From Zancudomyces culisetae HAW-14-8 (taxonomy: Eukaryota > Fungi > Kickxellomycota): 64,000 nucleotides of DNA. The position numbers and the translations under genes are program-made. The notes beneath the pieces are model-generated. The model had not been told where the DNA came from, did no database searches, and worked only from the letters and a program-made list of their open reading frames with translations. Location of the stretch: contig JBNJNM010000011.1 of the NCBI GenBank assembly GCA_052426225.1, forward strand, positions 372,001 through 436,000, given 5' to 3'. Each line of letters opens with the position of its first letter. Positions within the stretch are counted from its first letter, which is position 1. This document shows, piece after piece, positions 56,780 to 64,000 of the stretch.

Positions 56780-59090
56780 ATGTTGTATGCAAAAGCATCA
56801 ACTTAAATTTACCGCTTTCATTGCAGCAAAATAGCAGAGAAATCAATTTTGAAAAAATTGTTTCCTGCGCAATTCAATTTAGAGTACAAAAATTATGACC
56901 ATGTCATAAATTTTTGTCAATTTTACAGCCAATTTAATAGTACAAATCGATTTATTTTTTAGTCGAATCGATTTTATACTTTATTAGTGGATTTATTTTT
57001 AATCAATTTTATTAGTAAATTATTAGTATAAATTGAAATATTTGTAAATCCGACCAAAACCACACTAAAAGTAAAAATAAACATATATAGAGAGGCGTAA
57101 TACTATTTTTTTAGTGTAAGGAAAGGGCCATTTTGGCTATATTTTCCAGGTTTTGGGAGGAATTCTTTTAAATAAAATTATATTTACCAAAAATTGTGGA
57201 AATTGTCCAGTTGTGTTCTTTCCGAGGGGGTTTTATAGATAGTGGTTAACTGGCTAGAAATGGTAAATCCTGTGTCAGTAATAACCACCCTTCTAGGGAA
57301 CCGTGATTGATATTAGTGGAAGTTTTTTGGGAAAATCCTATTGGACTAGTACTAAAAAATGAAAACGAATTCAACAAATGGGGGCTCTGCCGGGAACGGT
57401 ATGAGGAAAATTTGGGAGAAAAGTTAAATTTTTGGTCAGAAAGATTTTCTTTCTAATGACCAAAAATTTGCCGTAAAAGCTTCGGCTATGTCGCCTAGAA
57501 GCCATTTACGAGACGAGTTGGACCTTTCACCATCTGGGGCCAATGTGGGCTAGTAGGAGGTTTGTTCCTTTTAAATAAGGAATAAATTCTCTGAACCACC
57601 GGACCAGGTAAGGTAACCACGAAAGCCCTTTTAGGGACTCGCGCTGGTAAATGCGAAACACTTTCAGTGGGGCTAGGAACATTGGCTTTAAATACATTTT
57701 TCCCTTTAAGATTTTTCTCAATACTTTTTCGGGTTTCATTTACATTTTAGCCTAAATGTAATTGAATTTCCCACATTACCCGACCTTTTCTTTTTAGGCT
57801 TTTGGGGAATTTAACAAATTGGGACTTGGGATATTAATTAAGTTTAATAGAACATTTCCAAACAGTAAAATTCAACAAAAGTCTTTGGGAACTTTTCCCA
57901 GAACAGCTTAAAATGCTGTGTTACCTGCGGGAGTTGAAGCAAAATGTGCGTTATGTCGCATACTTTTGGATACTTCCCAGGTGTTGGTGGTAAATGTTTA
58001 TGGGTTTTTAGGCCGATAAACATATTTTTGGTTGGAAGCGGAAACGAGACGGGTTCGTCTGGATTCCCCAAATATTGAAATCTCCTAGATACGGTGATAG
58101 CTAAAGAAAGTTAATTTTCGTTAATGCTAGCTGTACGGAGACCTTCCAATACTTGGGAGAAGAAAGATGGATACTGGGGGTTTACTGCTGAAAAGCAAAA
58201 TTATGTGTAAGTAACCTAAAAATACATGTACACAAGTCACCAAAGGTGGGCTCAAAACAGGAATGAGACGGACTTCTTTGACAAGTACTGGGGATTTCTG
58301 CGGCGGGTTTTACACCATATCACCGGCGTCTAGGGACTAAATGCAATGCCATTTAGTCTTAGTAGAAGCCACTAGTAGTAATGAGGATAATGGGATGTAA
58401 AAATCCTAATTTTTTCTTACTACACCGAGTCTAGGATCCCGACCATAGGTTACTAGACCGGCAACTTTGTAGCTAACTTTAAGAATAACATCCTTAAAGT
58501 GGGGAAAAGCTACCAGTGACAGTGGGAAGGTAAGAGTTAACCAACCTACTAAAGTCACTTGGTAAGTTTAAGCGAGCTATATGCAAGCTTATTCTAGGCC
58601 ACAGTTTTGCTGGGAAACTACCTGGAGTTGAACTCCAGTAGTAAAAGTGTAAGAAGTTTAAAGGTAGAAATAAACTTCACACTTTAAATAGGGAGATCCT
58701 GTATCTATCTCCAGATACACTCCCAAGTTTTGAGAAGTTGAAGTTAGTTATCCAAATCCTTTTTCAAGATTTAGGGAAACTGAATCAGACTTCTTGGGTG
58801 GTTTTAAAGGAATAATTTTTTCTTTAATTGGTTTTAAGTAAGGAAATAACTGGGGAAATAATTTCTACCCTACCAGTTAACCCAGAAACTATACGAGTAA
58901 TAAAATACTCGATTCCAAAACCGAGTGAATGAAACAGGTGGAGGAATTTTGTGGTAAAGTTCCGTAAAATATGGAACTAAATTGGTATTAGGTTTGGTAG
59001 TAATATTTAAACAAGATCAGCCTAATATTATCGGGAAACTAAAAAGTTTACCCAGTAAGTCAGTAAATGGTAGTACCCAAAAAAGGGACA

Positions 59091-59890
59091 TGTTATAATC
59101 AATGAGCTGCTTATAACTATGCTGTGATTAATATTCAGTATTATTATTTATTAGGAAGAAGTAGTTATTTAGAAAAATATATTATTAGATGAGTTAATGA
59201 TATATTTTTCTCTGATGTATCCCAACGGAATTTCGAAGGGTTTATATATTTTTTCATCAGAGAAATTTGCTATGAAAAAACTTAGTGATAATAATTTTTT
59301 AGTTTTAAAATTTTACTATGTAAAAATGAACTAATTTAAAGTAACTATCAAAATTGAGTTTATCAAACTTCTTGTTTGATTTATTCATGAGATTACTTTA
59401 TCGATTTTAACATGTATTTTGTTTATCGATTTTAACATGTATTTTGTTTATCGAATTTTATCATGGTTTTTGGTTATCCAATTTTATCATGGTTTTTGGT
59501 TATCTATTTTGCCTACGATATTGTATATCGATTTTGCCTATGATTTTGTATATCGATTTTGCCTACGATATTGTATATCGATTCTGCCTATGATTTTGTA
59601 TATCGATTTTAACATGAATTTTATAAATTTAATTATTGAAAATTTTCTTTAATTTTCTTTGTCAATTTTCCCAATAATAAATACTGTGATTTCATGGTGA
59701 ATTTTGCATACATGATTCCAATGTCGGAATGGCTTATTTGAATGTCATAAGTGAAATAATAAAATAGTTTAATTTTTTATAGAACAAAAATGTAAACTAA
59801 AATTTATGTTCCGGGAATTTGCCATTCCTAACATTTTAGGATCGATTCCAACAAAGATCCATTTTTTGGAATATATTGCCATTCCTAACA
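59091..59890. mobile_element. 800-bp solo LTR of a further family, with an internal ~25-bp minisatellite (~59397-59620)
   Basis: TGTTA...TAACA termini, TSD GGACA (59086-90 / 59891-95), abrupt AT-rich composition. Confidence 0.85.
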
Positions 59891-60930
59891 GGACACCTTG
59901 GGTTCGGTAGAACAAACGGAAGTATTCCAAACCCTCCAACCTACGTGGTAAGAGTACTTTCAGTTCTGGGGACCTTTCTACACCTTAAGTAGCTAACAAG
60001 GTGAGATAAATATTTACGAGGTGATAACCCTGCAGGAATCAACCTACGTCATTAATGGGACAGGAGCAGAACTGGTTTACTCTCTTTGTCCGGCCTAACC
60101 ATTCTATCAAAATAAGGATAGATAAGTTAGATGGGGGTCTTAGTATAACCAATTACGGAGTAGCCAAAGCACTCCAAGAGTAAAGGATACCATGGAGGTC
60201 AATTCCTAGGTATTCTACAGTCATTTGGGTGATGTAAGTTCAACATTCCCAAGGGGCTAGGGAGAGGTAGAATTTATTATTTATTTCAACCAAACCCAAT
60301 AGTGGTACCAAGGTAAGATGCACAATATTGTCGTCTTATGAGTTCTGTTAGAGCGGCGCGTCTTCAGAACGGTAAATATCATTTAACTAGTTTCTACTTT
60401 CTAGTTAATATTATTCGGAACCGAAACATACTGAAAAGATTAAATTCAATAATCTTTTATTATACTAGATTAAATCCCTCCAACGTTCGAAAGATCTAGT
60501 GTGGAAATATGAAATGGGGGTAAAACAAATCCGATGTCCAATCTTTTGGGCGGGGAGGTCCTCCCTTCCAAACCGTTCGGGAGTTGGGTAAAACATAAAA
60601 CCCAAACTGTTCATCACTTCAAAACTGACTGAACTTTTGGTAACTTAAATTGGGAATTAAATTTATGAATACAAGTCAGAATAACATAGCAGATAAAAAG
60701 CAGGGACACAGTCTAAATTAAAACAAAGTAAAACTAATCAAAACCAGCAAAGAAATTAAAATTTAAAATTTAATTGAGTCGAAATACTAAAAAACAAATC
60801 TGACTTCAAATCAAATAAAATCGAAATTTAATTCATGATATCTAAAAGATTATTCAACTTTCAACGGTTTAACAAGCTTTCTAAACAATACTAAACTACA
60901 AAAATAAATAATACATTAAAAAAAAAAATA

Positions 60931-61309
60931 AAAAAAAAAAAAAAAAAAATAAATAAATAAATATTATAATAAAATAATATATAATAAAAATATCGTTAAT
61001 AAATTAAACATAAAAATATAAAAATATAAAAATTATAAAATTACAAAATAAAAAAAAAAAAAAAAAAAATAAATAAATAAATATTATAATAAAATAATAT
61101 ATAATAAAAATATTGTTAATAAATTAAACATAAAAATATAAAAATATAAAAATTATAAAATTACAAAATAACAAAAAAAAAAAAATAAATAAATAAATAA
61201 ATATTATAATAAAATAATATATAATAAAAATATTGTTAATAAATTAAACATAAAAATATAAAAATATAAAAATTATAAAATTACAAAATAACAAAAAAAA
61301 AAAAAAAAA
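60931..61309. repeat. A-rich 120-bp tandem repeat (3 copies) immediately upstream of gag-pol E
   Basis: Lines at 60961/61081/61201 and 61021/61141/61261 repeat with period 120; poly-A runs; almost no G. Confidence 0.95.
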
Positions 61310-61345
61310 GTTATTAATTATTTAAAGTTTAACAACAAAATCAAA

Positions 61346-64000
61346 ATGTTTAGTAAAAGAGCAGAAAAGTTGAGAGAGGATACTACTGATGATGAATCAG
61401 AGGAGGTCGAAGTACAGGAGACGAGCGTTCCTGAACCAACAACTGACCGAATACCTCTAAATATGAACTTTACGTTCAACAGAGGAATTCCAGATGTAGC
61501 AATGTTCGATAGCAACACTACTACAAACGTGGAAGAATGGCTCGATAGGTATGAGCTAATGGCTAGGATCAACAGCTGGATGGAAAAAGACAAGATTGAT
61601 TTCTTAGAATTGTTTTTAACGGGGAAAGACCTTCGATGGTACAAGATCAATAAGTCTAAACTAGAAAAATGGAAAAAGGTTCGTGAGGAATTCCTGGAAA
61701 AGTTTGAAGGTAAAGACAGAGAGGCACGAGCGTGGAATCAACTGCAAAGCCTTAAACAAAGTGACTACCTCGACTTTGAAGATTTTGAGACGGAGTTCAG
61801 CAAACTGGTCTCAACAGTCGATATTAAAGACGAACGGATCAGACTTAAGTTTTTTGTAGACGCTCTTAACCCCAAGTATCAAAGGCAAATTTTAAAAGCC
61901 AAAGTTAAGGATGTCAAATCTGCCATAGCAATAATCCAGGCAGAAGAGGATGTCGAGAAAATATTACCTACTGTCAGGGAAACATCAGAAAAACCAAAAA
62001 GCACTAGTAGGAAGGTGATGAAGGTACATAAATCTAATGAGGGTCCAGATATGTACGAGGCGTTGATTAAAAAGTTTGACGAGCTTTCACTTAATCTCCT
62101 AGCTAGATTAGAAAAGAGACCAAATTACTCTGAAAAGTCTGCTCCACAATCAAGAAGACCGTTCAAGAAAGTGGAATGTACATACTGCAAAAGGCCAGGG
62201 CATGAGGCCGCAGCGTGCTACAAGAGGCAGAAGGACCAAAAACAAGAAATTAACTGCATAGAGATAGAAAGAAAAACAGATGGAAACAAAGATACGGAAC
62301 TCTATGCAGTGGACAAACGGAAGAGAGACGAAAACAATGGCATAGATTTTCAGCCAGCTCATGCAAAAATCCGTGTGGCACAAAAAGAACCTAACAAGAC
62401 GGGGCCAGTAATCAAACCAGCTACCCTAAGAGTTAGGAAGAAAATGGATATTAGACTATCGGAGAACATTCAAAAGTTTTCGATAGGTTCAGAGTTGGAT
62501 AAATTAAAACCAGATATTTCACTTGGTCAACTGTTACAGTCTTCACCCGAAATCAGGAAAGAGTTGGTCGATCTCTTTAAGAAGATAGAAGCCAAGGAGC
62601 TGAACACCATTGTAGAAGATAGGACAACCACCACAAACTGCAAAGCTTACATTGAAGTATTTGGAAAGCACCAGCTCACAGTTATTGATACAGGTGCAGC
62701 ATGTTCAGTAATCTCAGAGCAATTTATGGACATTTTAGGTTTAAAAATTGAGCAAAAAGATCACTCAATGCTCATAACCGCTGATGGCACAAAGCATGAG
62801 ACACTGGGAATAATCAGAGATGTTCCATTTGTTATAGCAGGGTTCATCTTCCCAGGAGATTTAGTAGTTATGGAAGGAGGATTAAACCGGATGGTGTTGG
62901 GAGCAGATTGGTTACTGAAACACCAGGCCAACATCGATTTGAGCAACATGGAGCTGCTCTTACCAACGGTAGAAGGGGACGTTGTAGTTTCACTGATGAT
63001 AACTGAAACAGATGGTCCAAAACAGACAAACGAGTATGAATACTACTCGATGATCAAGGAAGTCGATAACCGCGAACAGAAAGAAGAACTACCAGAAAAT
63101 ATTGCAGAAGTGCTCAAAGAGTATGCAGAGATATTCGTGGATGACTTGCTAGAACTCCAGCAAACAAATGTGTTGGAACACAGTATTGATACTGGAGATT
63201 CAAACCCAGTAAGAGTGCGACCATACAGAATAGCTCACCACCTAAGGGAACAGGTGAGGGAAGAACTAAAAATTATGGAACAAAGAGGGATCATAGAGCC
63301 ATGTCAATCAGACTGGTGTGCACCGGTAGTTGTAGTCAAAAAGAAAAATGGAAAACTTCGGATCTGTTCTGACTACCGCAAACTCAACATGATTACCAGA
63401 AAAGATCTTTATCCTCTACCCATAATTGACGACATACTGGCAGCATTCGGAGAAGCAGGAGTATTCAGTGTAGTCGATGCCATGAGTGGATTCTGGCAGG
63501 TACGTATGAACAGCGCGGATAAACACAAGACCGCGTTTGCATTACCAGGTGATGGTATGTATTGCTATAATGTAATGCCGTTTGGATTATGCAATAGTCC
63601 GGCAACATTCCAAAAGATGATGGAACGAGTACTGGCAAAAGTACTCTGGAAGTTTGCTATTGTGTTTGTAGATGACATAATCATCTATTCAAAGAACACA
63701 GAAGACCACACTCAACACCTTAGAGAAGTGTTTGAGTTATTGAAGCAACACAAGGTGCAGCTCCACAAAGAAAAATGTGAGTTTGCAAAGACCGAAATCA
63801 AGTATCTGGGATATACGGTCTCTAAACATGGCATTTCTACCAACAAGGATAAAATAGAGGCCATGGAAAAAGTAACCGCACCAAGGAACGTCAAAGAGAT
63901 TCAATCGTTCTTGGGGCTCACAGGTTACTACAGAAAATTTATAGAGGGATACGCATTGATAGTAAAGCCGCTTACAGAGCTATTAAAGAAGGACGTACCC
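61346..64000 (+). CDS. gag-pol: Element E: single-ORF Ty3/Gypsy gag-pol (runs off the window; absent from the ORF track)
   Basis: Translation from ATG 61346 (MFSKRAEKLRED...) gives capsid-like VEEWLDRYE..W, zinc knuckle CTYCKRPGHEAAAC, LGQLLQSSPEIRKEL, protease VIDTGAACS, RT DYRKLN / MPFGLCNSPATFQ / FVDD, all in one frame. Confidence 0.95.
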   Translation, partial: MFSKRAEKLREDTTDDESEEVEVQETSVPEPTTDRIPLNMNFTFNRGIPDVAMFDSNTTTNVEEWLDRYELMARINSWMEKDKIDFLELFLTGKDLRWYKINKSKLEKWKKVREEFLEKFEGKDREARAWNQLQSLKQSDYLDFEDFETEFSKLVSTVDIKDERIRLKFFVDALNPKYQRQILKAKVKDVKSAIAIIQAEEDVEKILPTVRETSEKPKSTSRKVMKVHKSNEGPDMYEALIKKFDELSLNLLARLEKRPNYSEKSAPQSRRPFKKVECTYCKRPGHEAAACYKRQKDQKQEINCIEIERKTDGNKDTELYAVDKRKRDENNGIDFQPAHAKIRVAQKEPNKTGPVIKPATLRVRKKMDIRLSENIQKFSIGSELDKLKPDISLGQLLQSSPEIRKELVDLFKKIEAKELNTIVEDRTTTTNCKAYIEVFGKHQLTVIDTGAACSVISEQFMDILGLKIEQKDHSMLITADGTKHETLGIIRDVPFVIAGFIFPGDLVVMEGGLNRMVLGADWLLKHQANIDLSNMELLLPTVEGDVVVSLMITETDGPKQTNEYEYYSMIKEVDNREQKEELPENIAEVLKEYAEIFVDDLLELQQTNVLEHSIDTGDSNPVRVRPYRIAHHLREQVREELKIMEQRGIIEPCQSDWCAPVVVVKKKNGKLRICSDYRKLNMITRKDLYPLPIIDDILAAFGEAGVFSVVDAMSGFWQVRMNSADKHKTAFALPGDGMYCYNVMPFGLCNSPATFQKMMERVLAKVLWKFAIVFVDDIIIYSKNTEDHTQHLREVFELLKQHKVQLHKEKCEFAKTEIKYLGYTVSKHGISTNKDKIEAMEKVTAPRNVKEIQSFLGLTGYYRKFIEGYALIVKPLTELLKKDVP

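Larger units (their letters stand above)
55590..60660 (+). ncRNA. Putative large structured non-coding RNA region (interrupted by solo LTR 59091-59890) upstream of gag-pol E
   Basis: More than 20 inverted-repeat stems found by eye, no ORF above ~80 aa, and the non-Watson-Crick pairs checked are G-U on the + strand; transcription not demonstrated. Confidence 0.5.

Noticed and set aside
59079-59090. AAAAAAGGGA before TG looked like a polypurine tract preceding a 3' LTR
   Set aside because: The GGACA duplication on both sides shows that 59091-59890 is an inserted solo LTR
59397-59620. Regular ~25-bp repeats resembling a CRISPR array
   Set aside because: Head-to-tail minisatellite with no unique spacers, inside a solo LTR of a eukaryote; no cas genes
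56502-60200. tRNA PBS candidates for element E: GGTATCAGAG (~56513) and CA-TGGAGGTC (~60191)
   Set aside because: The first lacks the TGG/LTR-end context and the second matches a tRNA-Gln-type end over only ~8 nt; neither can be supported
55590-60660. Hammerhead ribozyme, group I intron, rRNA, telomerase RNA, or a UGA-recoded viral ORF as the explanation for the structured region
   Set aside because: By eye I found no properly arranged CUGANGA/GAAA core, no rRNA or group I motifs and no telomeric template, and the frames I checked are closed by TAA/TAG. An Infernal search is still needed.
62543-62549. CA-CCCGA as the far TSD of the insertion at 42527
   Set aside because: It lies inside the uninterrupted gag-pol of E (SSPEIRKEL); coincidental

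Overview
This is eukaryotic genomic DNA from a fungus. The intron-poor, AT-rich style and gene set suggest an early-diverging fungus such as a Kickxellomycotina/Harpellales insect-gut fungus, but that is inference only. The window has three zones. (1) 1-30 kb is gene-rich: a RAD51D-like paralog, eEF1B-gamma, an ankyrin+Dilute protein, a GRAM/VASt sterol-transfer protein, a LACTB2-like metallo-beta-lactamase and several low-complexity orphans. (2) 30-40 kb is AT-rich with scattered secreted proteins: a CBM19-like Cys-rich peptide, an S1 serine protease and a 153-aa secreted protein. (3) 40-64 kb is a nest of Ty3/Gypsy elements that can be dissected using 5-bp target-site duplications (TSDs). 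It contains a decayed FxDD-type pol (A), chromovirus B (42973-54821, -), an intact young chromovirus C (47829-53541, +) inserted into B's frameshift site, two solo LTRs, and the start of an uninterrupted single-ORF gag-pol (E, 61346 to the window end) that the ORF track omits. Removing the three TSD-bounded insertions leaves about 5.7 kb of mostly non-coding sequence directly upstream of gag-pol E. It carries a restored 138-codon antisense ORF, a 91-bp direct repeat, several kb densely packed with stem-loops whose G-U pairs point to a + strand RNA, and an A-rich 120-bp tandem array. This retrotransposon-linked, multi-kilobase structured RNA is the main candidate for an undescribed system. Both chromoviruses also show Tf1-type self-priming signals and -1 frameshift signals.
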